A program made the position numbers and the translations under genes. Under the pieces are notes generated by a model. The model did not search any database. It was not told the DNA's origin and was given only the letters and a program-made list of their open reading frames with translations. Shown here one piece after another: positions 17,973 to 28,388 of a stretch of DNA of 64,000 nucleotides (within the stretch, counting starts at the first letter, position 1; each line of letters opens with the position of its first letter). Where the stretch lies: the NCBI GenBank assembly GCA_016234495.1, contig JACRBI010000052.1:13789-77788 (forward strand), in the 5' to 3' direction. Source of the DNA: Chloroflexota bacterium (GTDB lineage Bacteria > Chloroflexota > Anaerolineae > Anaerolineales > Villigracilaceae).

Positions 17973-19985
17973 ATGCCAAAGAAACGAGAGATTAAAGATT
18001 ATTCAACTGACCCAGCCGCACAGCAGATGTTGATCCGCGCGGATGAGTTGGGAATTGGCACAGCTTTTACCCGCGCAGACGCCATGGTTCCGTGCAATAT
18101 CGGTGGCGCTGGGATGTGCTGCAAGCAATGCGGCATGGGTCCCTGCCGTTTGACCAAGAGCGGCGACACCGGCGTATGCGGCGCGACCATCGACACGATT
18201 CAAGCCCGCAACCTGACGCGCGCAATTGCGGCAGGCGGTGCGGCTCACTCCGACCACGGGCGGGACATGGCGTTCCTGTTGAAGGCGGCTGCCGAAGGAA
18301 AAGCCGAAGGCTACATGATCCGCGATGTGGCAAAACTGCGGATGGTGGCTGGCTATTACAACATCAAGGTGGATGGCCGCAAACCCGAAGAAATTGCGAA
18401 TGATCTGGCTGATCTGTATATTTCGCAATTCGGTCAGCAGCGCGGCGAGATCGTCCCTGCCATCCGCGCGCCCAAAAAGAGACAGCAGCTCTGGCGCGAA
18501 CAAAACGTCTGGCCGCGCGGCGTGGATCGTGAAGTGGTCGAGGCGCTGCACCGCACACACATCGGCGACGACCAGGACCCCGCTCACATTTTGAATCATG
18601 CGATTCGCACCGCGCTGGCCGACGGCTGGGGCGGCTCGATGATCGCAACTGACATCTCGGATATTTTGTTCGGCATACCTGCGCCGATTTTAGGTCAGGC
18701 GAATCTCGGCGTTATTAAAGAAGACATGGTCAACGTGGTGGTGCATGGTCACGAACCTTCGATGAGTGAAATGCTGGTCGCAGCGTCACAAGACCCGGAG
18801 ATCATTGATTATGCAAAGGCGGCCGGCGCGAATGGGATTCAACTTTCGGGAATCTGCTGTACCGCAAACGAAATCCTGATGCGGCAGGGCATCCCTGCGG
18901 CGGGCAACTTCCTGCATCAGGAACTCTCGATCATGACGGGCGCAGTCGAAGCGATGGTCGTGGATGTGCAGTGCATCATGCAGGCGCTGGTCGGTTTGGC
19001 GCAGAACTTCCACACCAAGATCATCACCACTTCACCAAAGGTCAAGATCAAGGGCGCGACACATATTGAATTTGACGAACATCACGCGCTAACCGTTGCA
19101 AGGAATATTCTCAAAGTTGCAATTGATAATTTCAAGAACCGCGACAACAACAAAACACGCATTCCGCAAATCAAAGAAGATTTGATCCCCGGCTTCTCGC
19201 ACGAATATATCAACTACATGCTCGGAGGCTCGTACCGCGCATCCTTCCGCCCGTTGAACGACGCCATCATGACCGGGCGCATTCGCGGCGTGGCGGCGAT
19301 TGTCGGATGCAACAATCCGCGCTCGTCGCAGGATTATTTGCATAACGTGGTCGTGAAGGAATTGCTCAAACAGGATGTGCTGGTGGTGCAGACCGGCTGC
19401 GGCGCGATCTCGTCAGCCAAACTCGGTCTCATGTTGGGCGAAGCAGGCCTGAGCGAAGTCGGAAACGGCTTGCGCGAAATCTGCGAAACGGTGGGAATCC
19501 CGCCAGTCCTGCACATGGGTTCGTGCGTTGACAATACCCGCATCCTGACCGTGTTGACTCAAATGGTGGAAGACGGCGGACTCGGCGATGATATTGACCA
19601 GGTTCCGGCGGTCGGTCTTGCTCCCGAATGGATGAGCGAAAAAGCGCTGGCGATCGCGGCGTACGTGGTTGCTTCGGGCGGATATGTCATCTTCGGCGGC
19701 GCATCACCTGTGAGCGGCATGGAACGAGTCGATGACAGCGACGAAGTGCTGCACTACATCAGCGAAGGCTGGGAAAAACTATACGGCGGCAAGCTGGAGT
19801 TTATTCCCGATCCGCAAAAGATGATCGAAGCCACGCTCGCGCACATTGACAAGAAACGCGCCGCGCTTGGCCTGCCTGAATATGACCCTGATAAATTTGG
19901 CAAATCTGGCGACGCAAAGATGAATGCGCTCGAAGCGATGCCAATTGCGCAGAGACGCGAAGCGATTTACGGAGTAGTCGAATAG
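17973..19985 (+). CDS. cooS: Anaerobic Ni-Fe carbon monoxide dehydrogenase catalytic subunit (AcsA/CooS)
   Basis: CCKQCGMGPC, VHGHEP, GICCTANE, DVQCIM, GCNNP, TGCG, MGSCVDN, WMSEKA. Confidence 0.95.
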   Translation: MPKKREIKDYSTDPAAQQMLIRADELGIGTAFTRADAMVPCNIGGAGMCCKQCGMGPCRLTKSGDTGVCGATIDTIQARNLTRAIAAGGAAHSDHGRDMAFLLKAAAEGKAEGYMIRDVAKLRMVAGYYNIKVDGRKPEEIANDLADLYISQFGQQRGEIVPAIRAPKKRQQLWREQNVWPRGVDREVVEALHRTHIGDDQDPAHILNHAIRTALADGWGGSMIATDISDILFGIPAPILGQANLGVIKEDMVNVVVHGHEPSMSEMLVAASQDPEIIDYAKAAGANGIQLSGICCTANEILMRQGIPAAGNFLHQELSIMTGAVEAMVVDVQCIMQALVGLAQNFHTKIITTSPKVKIKGATHIEFDEHHALTVARNILKVAIDNFKNRDNNKTRIPQIKEDLIPGFSHEYINYMLGGSYRASFRPLNDAIMTGRIRGVAAIVGCNNPRSSQDYLHNVVVKELLKQDVLVVQTGCGAISSAKLGLMLGEAGLSEVGNGLREICETVGIPPVLHMGSCVDNTRILTVLTQMVEDGGLGDDIDQVPAVGLAPEWMSEKALAIAAYVVASGGYVIFGGASPVSGMERVDDSDEVLHYISEGWEKLYGGKLEFIPDPQKMIEATLAHIDKKRAALGLPEYDPDKFGKSGDAKMNALEAMPIAQRREAIYGVVE

Positions 19986-20078
19986 TCTGCTAGTCCACTA
20001 GTCCGCTAGTCTTCTAGTCATTGACGAGAGGACTGCGACTAGGAGACCAGAAGACAAGGAGACTAGGAGAGAGACTAA
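19983..20078. repeat. Compound palindrome of 8-nt CTAGTC-type units
   Basis: CTAGTCCACTAGTCCGCTAGTC...GACTAGGAGACCAG..GACTAGG. Confidence 0.75.
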
Positions 20079-20080
20079 CT

Positions 20081-22351
20081 ATGTCAAAATATATCGCAAC
20101 CAGAGCAATTCGCGGCGCAAATGCGCTCGTCACCGAAGCCGATGTGATGCTCAACAAGGCATTGGCTGAAAAAGGCGCAGACACGCCCGTATCCTTCCCA
20201 AACACAGCCTACTACCTCCCCACCATTCTCGGCATGACGGGCAAGTCCATCGAAAAGATCGGCGACTTGAAGGCTGTCATGGATTACACGCGCGGACTTT
20301 TACATCCCGTCCCGGCTGGCAAGCATTGGACTCCCTATCTGGGCGAGACGTTGGACTCAGGCATGGCGACCCTGCTCGCGGCAGAGACGATCGAAGCCAT
20401 CCGCTTCATTTATGGACTTCAGCCTGAATCTGTTTCCGACGACTTTATCCTCTCTGGAGGTACAAGCTACGGCGGCGCAAACGGGCATGGTCATCTCAAT
20501 GGACCGATTGACGACATTCAACTCCGCTCGTGGGGCATTCAACTCGTTGACGGACGTATGCCCGGCTTCGCCGCAATTGTCGGCTGCGCCAAGAACAATG
20601 CGACCGCAGTCAAGATCGTGCGCGAGTTGCAGCGCCGCAACATTTTGACCTTCCTCTCCGGCAATGTGAATGGACGCAGCATCATCCACCAATTGCAGGA
20701 AGAAGGCGTGGAACTTGGCTACAACACTTTCACCGTCCCATTTGGAACTGACACCATCTCGGCGATCTACGCGCTGGGGTTTGCCACCCGTTCCGCGTTG
20801 ACCTTCGGCGGGATGAAACCCGGCATGTCGCGCGAGATTTTGCTCTACAACAAGGAGCGCGTCTTCGCGTTCGTGCTTGCGCTCGGCGAAGTGGACGATT
20901 TGAAATATGCCGCCGCCGCTGGCGCGATCAACTTTGGCTTCCCCGTCATCGCGGATACGGTCATCCCTGAAATTTTGCCAACAGGCATCACGACCTACGA
21001 GCACGTTGTCTCGATGCCGTTCGATGCAATTGACGGCAAGGACGATCTTGAAAAAGCGGAAAGACTCGTGCAGAAGTGCATCGAAATTCGCGGCGTGAAA
21101 GTGAAAGTATCCAACGTGGATGTGCCCGTGCCGTACGGTTCAGCCTTTGAAGGCGAGGTTGTCCGCAAGGCGGATCTGCGCGTGGAATTCGGCGGCAAAC
21201 ACGCCCGCTGTTATGAATATCTGCACATGGCGAAATTAGATGATGTCACCGACGGCAAGATCGAAGTCATCGGACCTGATTTCTCGCAGGTTGCCGCTCA
21301 AGGTTACATGGACATGGGCATCGTCATCAAGGTTGCGGGGCGGCAAATGCAGCAGGATTTTGAGCCTGTGCTGGAGAGGCAAGTCCACTATTTTGTGAAC
21401 GGTGCGAGCGGAATTCAACATGTCGGTCAGCGTGATATCGCGTGGATCCGCATCTCGAATGCTGCGGCAGACAAAGGGTTCAGCCTTGAATCGTTTGGCA
21501 AAATCCTGCATGCCAGATTCCATGAAGACTTCGGCGCGATCGTGGATAAAGTTCAAGTCACCATTGTCACCGATCCCGCGCTCCACGCTGAATGGCTGGA
21601 GAAGGCGCGCGCCGCGTATGACTTCCGCAACAAACGCCTCGCGGACCTGACCGATGACAAAGTGGATGAGTTCTACTCTTGCACGCTCTGTCAATCGTTC
21701 GCGCCGAATCATGTCTGCGTGGTTTCGCCTGAACGCCTCGGCTTGTGCGGCGCATACAACTGGCTGGACTGCAAGGCCTCGTTCAGCATTAATCCAACGG
21801 GACCCAACCAACCGATCAAATTAGGCAAACTGATTGATGACAGAAAAGGCTATTGGCAGGGCACCAATGATTACGCGGCGCTGGGTTCGCATGGTGTGGT
21901 GCAGGAAGTGTCGATGTATTCCATCATGGAAAACCCAATGACCGCCTGCGGATGTTTTGAATGCATCGTGATGCTCATCCCCGAAGCCAACGGTGTGATG
22001 GTGCTCAGCCGCGAAGATACGGCAATGACTCCCGCCGGCATGACCTTCTCCACCCTTGCGGGCATTGCGGGCGGCGGGATGCAAACCCCGGGCGTGATGG
22101 GCGTGGGCAAGTTCTATCTCATCAGTCCCAAGTTCATTTCATCGGACGGCGGTTTCAAGCGCATCGTGTGGATGTCGTCTGTGCTGAAGAACAGCATGGC
22201 AGACGAATTCAAGGCAGTTTGCATCCGCGAAGGCGACCCGGACTTTATGGAAAAGATCGCCGATGATCGCAGTGCGACCACGGTTGATGAGCTGCTTGCG
22301 TGGCTCGAAGCGCACAACCATCCTGCCATGGCGATGGAGCCGATGTTCTAA
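20081..22351 (+). CDS. acsB: Acetyl-CoA synthase (bacterial type, with N-terminal domain)
   Basis: YSCTLCQSFAPNHVC, RLGLCGAYNWLD, PMTACGCFEC, GGGMQTPG. Confidence 0.95.
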   Translation: MSKYIATRAIRGANALVTEADVMLNKALAEKGADTPVSFPNTAYYLPTILGMTGKSIEKIGDLKAVMDYTRGLLHPVPAGKHWTPYLGETLDSGMATLLAAETIEAIRFIYGLQPESVSDDFILSGGTSYGGANGHGHLNGPIDDIQLRSWGIQLVDGRMPGFAAIVGCAKNNATAVKIVRELQRRNILTFLSGNVNGRSIIHQLQEEGVELGYNTFTVPFGTDTISAIYALGFATRSALTFGGMKPGMSREILLYNKERVFAFVLALGEVDDLKYAAAAGAINFGFPVIADTVIPEILPTGITTYEHVVSMPFDAIDGKDDLEKAERLVQKCIEIRGVKVKVSNVDVPVPYGSAFEGEVVRKADLRVEFGGKHARCYEYLHMAKLDDVTDGKIEVIGPDFSQVAAQGYMDMGIVIKVAGRQMQQDFEPVLERQVHYFVNGASGIQHVGQRDIAWIRISNAAADKGFSLESFGKILHARFHEDFGAIVDKVQVTIVTDPALHAEWLEKARAAYDFRNKRLADLTDDKVDEFYSCTLCQSFAPNHVCVVSPERLGLCGAYNWLDCKASFSINPTGPNQPIKLGKLIDDRKGYWQGTNDYAALGSHGVVQEVSMYSIMENPMTACGCFECIVMLIPEANGVMVLSREDTAMTPAGMTFSTLAGIAGGGMQTPGVMGVGKFYLISPKFISSDGGFKRIVWMSSVLKNSMADEFKAVCIREGDPDFMEKIADDRSATTVDELLAWLEAHNHPAMAMEPMF

Positions 22352-22430
22352 ACCAGGTTGGCAAGTTTGAAGGTTGTAAGGTTTGAAAGTTAAACCTGTA
22401 AACTTTTCAACTTGCCAACTTTCAAACCCA

Positions 22431-22928
22431 ATGAAATCCCTCCTCGTCCGTGACCTGATGACCGTCGGTGTGCCAACCTGCAAATGGGACTCTCCGATCG
22501 TGGATATTGCCCGCTTCCTGCTGGAGAAGAACGTCGAAGCAATGTGCGTGCTGGATGCGGAAGGTCATGGCATCGGCGTGGTCAGCGTGGATGAATTGGT
22601 CTGGGCATACGCGCGCGAAGGATATGAAACGCTTATCGCGGAAGACATCATGAGCGAAGGCGTGCCCGAACTGCCAACAGACATTCCCCTCGCCCTCGCC
22701 GCGCAAATGATGAAGGACAAGGGGATTCGAATCGCATACATGCTGCATAACTCCGCAGGCATTATCTATCCTGCGGCTTTTATTTCCTATCGTCATATCT
22801 TAAGACACATGGCCGCGAGAGATGAAAAAGACTTGAAGGATTTAGGTCTCGCGGCAGAACGTAAAACGCCGATCGAGCAATTTATTGAAAGAAGAGACGA
22901 AGCGAGGAAAAGAGCTGGATTAATCTAA
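22431..22928 (+). CDS. CBS-domain protein
   Basis: VRDLMT..VPT, two CBS-like repeats (AEDIMS..VP.L). Confidence 0.75.
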   Translation: MKSLLVRDLMTVGVPTCKWDSPIVDIARFLLEKNVEAMCVLDAEGHGIGVVSVDELVWAYAREGYETLIAEDIMSEGVPELPTDIPLALAAQMMKDKGIRIAYMLHNSAGIIYPAAFISYRHILRHMAARDEKDLKDLGLAAERKTPIEQFIERRDEARKRAGLI

Positions 22929-23010
22929 TGTCATTGCGAGCGCACTTCGCGAAGTAATCCTCTTTTAGTTGGAGATTGCTTCGGCGGAAGCCCACCGCCT
23001 CGCAATGACA
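22929..23010. repeat. TGTCATTGCGAG..CTCGCAATGACA repeat (copies at 51321-51361, 63330-63421)
   Basis: Perfect terminal inverted repeat; internal GAAG(T/C)AATC / GATTGCTTC arms shared between copies. Confidence 0.8.
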
Positions 23011-23031
23011 TAATGACTCAAGGAGGCACCA

Positions 23032-23976
23032 ATGCCCATCGAAATTCCAAAAGATAAATGGCCGGGAAGCATCAAGAAAGTCACACTTGGCGCGACGAGC
23101 GCGGAGGGCGGCACACGCGCAAAGTCTGTCACTGTCGGCGGAGAGACGACCCTGCCGTACCTGCATTTTGAAGCGCCGACTCCCAACAAGCCGGTCATCG
23201 CCATTGAGATCAAATCGCACAGGCCTGATGACTGGTCGCCGCTGCTGGGCGAAGTCTGGGGTGACGCGATGAACGATCCCGCTCAATGGGCGAAGAAAGC
23301 CGAAGAAGCAGGAGCAGACATCATCGTCCTCGCGTTGACGCTGGCAGATTCTCCCGAAGATGCGGTGCGAATCGTCAAATCCGTTTTAGCCGCGACGGGA
23401 CTCCCGCTCATCGTCTGGGGACCGGGACAGGCTGAAAAAGATAACGACCTGCTCGTGCCAATCGCCGAAGCGACCAAAGGCGAAAAGCTCATGCTTGGCA
23501 TTTGCGAGGACAAAAATTACCGCACCATTGTCGCGACCGCGATGGCGAATGGACATGTCATTCAAGCCCGCACGCCGATGGATGTGAACCTTGCCAAGCA
23601 GCTTAATATTTTGATCACCGACATGGGCCTGCCCGCCGACCGCATCATGATGGACCCGACAACCGGCGCGCTTGGCTATGGAATTGAATATGGTTATTCA
23701 GTGATGGAACGATTGCGACTCGCCGCATTGCAGGGCGACTCGATGACTCAACTTCCGATGATCGTCACGCCCGGCTTCGAAGCCTGGAAGGCAAAGGAAT
23801 CCAAGGTCGGCGATGGCGTGCCCGAAGCGTGGGGCGATTGGAAATTCCGCGCCATTCATTGGGAAACGCTGACGGCTGTCGCGCTGGTTGAATCAGGCGC
23901 GGACATTATCGTGCTGCGGCATCCTGAATCGGTGAAACGAGTCAAGGAAACGATTGAAGAACTAATCGCAGTTTGA
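23032..23976 (+). CDS. acsD: Corrinoid iron-sulfur protein small subunit
   Basis: TRAKSVTVGGE, DVNLAKQLN, MDPTTGALGYGIEY. Confidence 0.93.
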   Translation: MPIEIPKDKWPGSIKKVTLGATSAEGGTRAKSVTVGGETTLPYLHFEAPTPNKPVIAIEIKSHRPDDWSPLLGEVWGDAMNDPAQWAKKAEEAGADIIVLALTLADSPEDAVRIVKSVLAATGLPLIVWGPGQAEKDNDLLVPIAEATKGEKLMLGICEDKNYRTIVATAMANGHVIQARTPMDVNLAKQLNILITDMGLPADRIMMDPTTGALGYGIEYGYSVMERLRLAALQGDSMTQLPMIVTPGFEAWKAKESKVGDGVPEAWGDWKFRAIHWETLTAVALVESGADIIVLRHPESVKRVKETIEELIAV

Positions 23977-24048
23977 AAGTTTGCAGGTTCACGGGTTTGA
24001 ACGTTCAAACTTTCAAACCTGCCAACCTTTCAACCCAAGGAGATAACC

Positions 24049-25371
24049 ATGGCATTAAGCGGTATTCAAATCTACAAACTCCTCCCGCAGACCAACTGCA
24101 AGGAATGCGGTTTTCCCACCTGCCTCGCCTTCGCGATGAAACTGGCCGCCAAGCAGGTTGAACTCGGTTCGTGCCCGTACGTCAGCGACGCATCCAAAAA
24201 ACAGCTCGCCGAGTCTGCCGCGCCGCCGATTCGACTCATCACGCTCAAGGCTGGCAGCGAAGTTAAAGCGGGCAACGAAGTCGTGATGTTCCGCCACGAA
24301 AAAACTTTTTACAACAAGCCCGGCTTGTTCGTGCGCGTCAAAGCATCTGACCCCGAGCTAGCCGCGAAAGTTGCAAAGGCGGATGCGTACAAGGTCAATT
24401 ACGTCGGCATGGATTTCACGATTGACGGATTCGCCGTCGAAGCGGATGGCGGGGATTTTGTCAGGGCGGTAAAAGCCGTTCGGGACACGACCAAACGTCC
24501 GTTAATTTTGATCGCAGATGACGCGCCGCTTCTGGACTCCGCCCTGAGTCTGCTCGCTGGCGAATCGGCATTGATCTACGCCGCAGAATCCTCCAGCTAT
24601 GAACCGTTGGCTGATCTTGCAAAGAAACACAAATCCGCGCTCGTCCTCAAAGCAGACTCGTTCGATGCATTCGCCGACCTGACGCAAAAAGTTCAAGCCA
24701 AAGGTGTGGAAGATATGGTGCTTGATCTTGGCGGAAAGAATCTCGGTGAGTGGTTGACGCGTTCAACACAGGCACGCAGACTTGCCATCAAAGCAAATCA
24801 ACGCGCAGTGGGCTACCCGACGATTTTCTTCGCGGGACAAAACGGGCCGGAAAAAGAAGCCGTCTATGCGGCGCAGGCCATCGCAAAATATGCGGGCTTC
24901 GTTGTGCTGGATACCTTCACGCCCGAACTTGCTTACGCGCTGCTGGTCTTGCGCGAAAACATTTACACCGATCCGCAAAAACCAATTCAGGTTCAGCCCG
25001 GCATTTACGAGATCAACTCGCCCAATGCCGACAGCCCGGTCTTGGTCACGACCAACTTCAGCATCACCTACTTCTCGGTTGCCAACGAAGTGGAAGGCTC
25101 GGGCTTACCCGCCTGGCTCGTCGTCACCGACGCGGAAGGCATGTCTGTGTTGACTGCGTGGGCGGCGGGCAAATTCGATGCGGAACGAATTGCCAAAGCC
25201 ATCAAAGGTTTTGACGTTGCCAGCAAGGTCAACAAGAAGCGAATCGTTTTGCCGGGTCATGTGGCTGTCCTTTCCGGCGAACTCGAAGAAGAACTCGCTG
25301 GCTGGGAAATCCGCGTTGGTCCGCGCGAGGCGGTGGATATTCCGGCGTTTATGAAGCAGGCCTTGAATTGA
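24049..25371 (+). CDS. acsC: Corrinoid iron-sulfur protein large subunit
   Basis: LPQTNCKECGFPTCLAFA..CP, VTTNFSITYF, SVLTAWAAGKF. Confidence 0.95.
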   Translation: MALSGIQIYKLLPQTNCKECGFPTCLAFAMKLAAKQVELGSCPYVSDASKKQLAESAAPPIRLITLKAGSEVKAGNEVVMFRHEKTFYNKPGLFVRVKASDPELAAKVAKADAYKVNYVGMDFTIDGFAVEADGGDFVRAVKAVRDTTKRPLILIADDAPLLDSALSLLAGESALIYAAESSSYEPLADLAKKHKSALVLKADSFDAFADLTQKVQAKGVEDMVLDLGGKNLGEWLTRSTQARRLAIKANQRAVGYPTIFFAGQNGPEKEAVYAAQAIAKYAGFVVLDTFTPELAYALLVLRENIYTDPQKPIQVQPGIYEINSPNADSPVLVTTNFSITYFSVANEVEGSGLPAWLVVTDAEGMSVLTAWAAGKFDAERIAKAIKGFDVASKVNKKRIVLPGHVAVLSGELEEELAGWEIRVGPREAVDIPAFMKQALN

Positions 25372-25408
25372 GCAGGGGCGGGGTAACCCCGCCTCTACAA
25401 CCCCGAAC

Positions 25409-27328
25409 ATGCAACACACCGTCTCCTTCACACACGAAGAAAAACAATCCAGCGTCTCGGTTCCAACCGGGACAATGCTGTCTGATGCCGCGCATCTCGC
25501 GGGTGTTGAGATCGGTCAGCCGTGCGGCGGGCAGGGACGCTGTGGCCGTTGCGCGGTGCTGGTGACGGATGGAAATGTTCGGCGGCGAAGCACGCTGAGA
25601 TTATCACCCGCCGATGTTGAGCAGGGATATGCGCTCGCCTGTCAGACCGTTGTGGAAGGCGATGTCCTCATCAATGTCCCGCCGCAGGAAAAGATCGAAC
25701 GGCGGCTCACGACCGACCGTGTCGTTGCGGAAGTCACCATCCCTGCGGATTATGACTTTGACCAGCATCAAAGCATTCACCGTGTCTATCTCGAACTGAC
25801 TCCGCCGACAATGGAGGATCAAACCGACGATTGGGCGCGCCTGCAAACTGCTCTGCGGACTCAAGCGAACATCCCCGAAGTTACCTGCTCGCTGCACTTC
25901 CTGCAAACTTTGGGAAAAACATTGCGCGATGGCGAGTGGCAGGTGACGCTTGTCGTTGACAGGGACATGGAATTCCCCGAAAAACCAGTGCGCCTGATCG
26001 AAGTATTCCCCGGCCGCGTGGACGATTACTCTCCGCTTTGGGGCTGCGCCATCGACATTGGCACAACAACCGTCTCGCTCTGGCTGGTGGATCTGGTCAG
26101 CGGGCATGTCCGGGCGCAGGTCGCGGAATATAACGGGCAGATCGCGCGCGGCGAAGATGTCATTTCGAGAATCATCTATTCGGGCAAGGCAGGCGGCGAA
26201 CAGGAAATGCGTCAGCTCGTGCTGGATACGATCAACGAGTTGGTCGAGACCGCCTGCAAGCGGGTCAATGCCAAACCGGAAGATGTGATGAAGGCAACCA
26301 TCTCAGGCAACAGCACGATGATGCATCTTCTGCTTGGGATTCCTGCGGGGAGTATTCGGCTTTCGCCGTTCATCACCGCCGTCAACCATCCGCCTGTTAT
26401 GCTGGCAAAGGAAGTTGGAATCAACATCCATCACGGAGGCGCGGTGGATTGCCTGCCCGGTGTGGCAAGCTACGTCGGCGCGGATATTACAGCGGGCGTG
26501 CTTTCTTCAGGGTTGGAACACGCGGAGCATGTCTCGCTGTTCATTGACGTTGGCACGAATGGCGAGATGGTTTTGGGCAACCGCGACTGGCTGGTCACTT
26601 GCGCGTGTTCGGCTGGCCCTGCGTTTGAAGGCGCGGGAGTCGTCAATGGGATGCGCGCAACACAAGGCGCAATCGAAGAAGTGTGGATCAATGGCGAGAC
26701 TTTTGAACCGACTTACCGCGTGATTGGCGGGGGCAAGCCGAAGGGAATCTGCGGCTCGGGATTAATCTCCCTGCTTGCAGAGGCGTTTCTGACGGGAGTC
26801 ATTGATAAGGCTGGGAATGTTAATTTGATGGCTGGCAATTCGCGGGTCAGGGAGGGGGCGCATGGCGGGGAGTATGTCCTTGCCTGGGGCGCGGAATCCG
26901 AATCGGGCGAAGATATTGTCCTCACGCGCGTCGACATCGACAACCTCTTGCGCGCCAAAGCCGCCATCTACGCCGGGTTTAGCATTCTGGCAGATACGGT
27001 CGGAGTCCCGCTGGAAATGGCAGATCGCGTTTTGGTGGGCGGGTCGTTTGGAAAATATATCAACGTGGAAAAGGCTGTGCAGATCGGTTTGCTGCCCGAC
27101 ATGGAATGGAGCCGATTTGAATTTCTTGGCAACACTTCGGTGAAAGGCGCGTATGCCGCGCTGCTCGACTGGCGTATGCGCGACCGCATTACCGAGATTG
27201 CGAAACGCATGACGTATATTGAACTTTCTGCGGACAATAGTTTTTACGACGCGTTCACGTCCGCATTATTTTTGCCGCATACGGATATGAATAAGTTTCC
27301 GAGTGTGGCGGCAGCGTTGGAACGTTAA
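25409..27328 (+). CDS. acsV: Reductive activator of corrinoid protein (2Fe-2S + ASKHA; RACo)
   Basis: CGGQGRCGRC..LACQ, IDIGTTT, DVGTNGE, CSAGPAFEG, GICGSG. Confidence 0.88.
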   Translation: MQHTVSFTHEEKQSSVSVPTGTMLSDAAHLAGVEIGQPCGGQGRCGRCAVLVTDGNVRRRSTLRLSPADVEQGYALACQTVVEGDVLINVPPQEKIERRLTTDRVVAEVTIPADYDFDQHQSIHRVYLELTPPTMEDQTDDWARLQTALRTQANIPEVTCSLHFLQTLGKTLRDGEWQVTLVVDRDMEFPEKPVRLIEVFPGRVDDYSPLWGCAIDIGTTTVSLWLVDLVSGHVRAQVAEYNGQIARGEDVISRIIYSGKAGGEQEMRQLVLDTINELVETACKRVNAKPEDVMKATISGNSTMMHLLLGIPAGSIRLSPFITAVNHPPVMLAKEVGINIHHGGAVDCLPGVASYVGADITAGVLSSGLEHAEHVSLFIDVGTNGEMVLGNRDWLVTCACSAGPAFEGAGVVNGMRATQGAIEEVWINGETFEPTYRVIGGGKPKGICGSGLISLLAEAFLTGVIDKAGNVNLMAGNSRVREGAHGGEYVLAWGAESESGEDIVLTRVDIDNLLRAKAAIYAGFSILADTVGVPLEMADRVLVGGSFGKYINVEKAVQIGLLPDMEWSRFEFLGNTSVKGAYAALLDWRMRDRITEIAKRMTYIELSADNSFYDAFTSALFLPHTDMNKFPSVAAALER

Positions 27329-27381
27329 AAGGTTGGAACGTTCCAACTTTTCAACGTGCAAACTTGAAAACGGAGGTTGTT

Positions 27382-28305
27382 ATGTACATCATTGGCGAAA
27401 ATATTCACATCATTTCGGAGAAGGTTAAGGAGGCATTGACCAATCGCGACCGTGAATTCTTCATGGATCTGGCGGTAAGGCAGGTGGAGGCCGGCGCGAA
27501 AGCAGTGGACATCAATCTCGGTCCGCGCAAAAAGGATTGGGCGGAGGTCTTCCCTTGGATCGTTGAAACAGTTGAAACGGTGGTGGATGTGCCGCTTTCG
27601 ATTGACACCACCAACGTGGACGGAATGGAGGCCGCGCTCAAGACCATCAAGAAGAATCAGGCGATCTTGAATTCAACATCGGCGGAGCCTGAGCGGCTGG
27701 AAAAAATCCCCGCGCTGGCGAAGAAATACAACGCCAAGGTCATCGCGCTGACGATGGGCACGAGCGGCATCCCCGTCGAAGCGGATGCGCGTGTCAACAT
27801 CGCGGTGGAGACTCTCATCCCGCACATGATGGAAATCGGCTTCAACATGAGCGACCTCATCATTGACCCGCTCGTGTTGACCACCAGCGGATGCCAGCAA
27901 TATTGCCCGCACCTGATCGAGACCGTCCGCATGTTGCAATATGCGTGGGACCCCGCGCCGCAAATTTCGGTTGGCTTGAGCAATGTGTCCAACGCTGTGC
28001 CGAATGAAAATCGTCCGCTGATCAATCGTGTGTATCTTTCCATGTTGATGGGTGTCGGCTTGCAAATGATGATCGCCAATCCGTTCGACAAAGAGCAGAA
28101 CGATGTCATCAAATGGATCGAGTCGAAAGACATGTCCACGCCGCTCGCAAGAATCTATAACAAGATCGCGGAACGAACCGCAAACAGCGAAGAACCGCAA
28201 ATCGAAGACTTTGACTTGAAAGACCCCGATCAATCTGCCATTTGGAAAACCACGCAGATTTTATTGAACAAGGTCATTTACGCGGATGCGTATCTGAATA
28301 ATTAG
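27382..28305 (+). CDS. acsE: Methyl-THF:corrinoid protein methyltransferase (pterin-binding)
   Basis: IIGENI, DINLG, SIDT, LNS, IDPLV, VGLSNVS. Confidence 0.85.
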   Translation: MYIIGENIHIISEKVKEALTNRDREFFMDLAVRQVEAGAKAVDINLGPRKKDWAEVFPWIVETVETVVDVPLSIDTTNVDGMEAALKTIKKNQAILNSTSAEPERLEKIPALAKKYNAKVIALTMGTSGIPVEADARVNIAVETLIPHMMEIGFNMSDLIIDPLVLTTSGCQQYCPHLIETVRMLQYAWDPAPQISVGLSNVSNAVPNENRPLINRVYLSMLMGVGLQMMIANPFDKEQNDVIKWIESKDMSTPLARIYNKIAERTANSEEPQIEDFDLKDPDQSAIWKTTQILLNKVIYADAYLNN

Positions 28306-28388
28306 TGATTAGTGATTAGAGATTAGTGATTAGTAATTTTCCTTCAATCACCAATTACTAATTACCAATCTCCTCCGAAGGAGTTCCC

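Noticed and set aside
28302-28372. Short tandem repeats as possible CRISPR arrays
   Set aside because: Units are 7-9 nt with no unique spacers, and there are no cas genes
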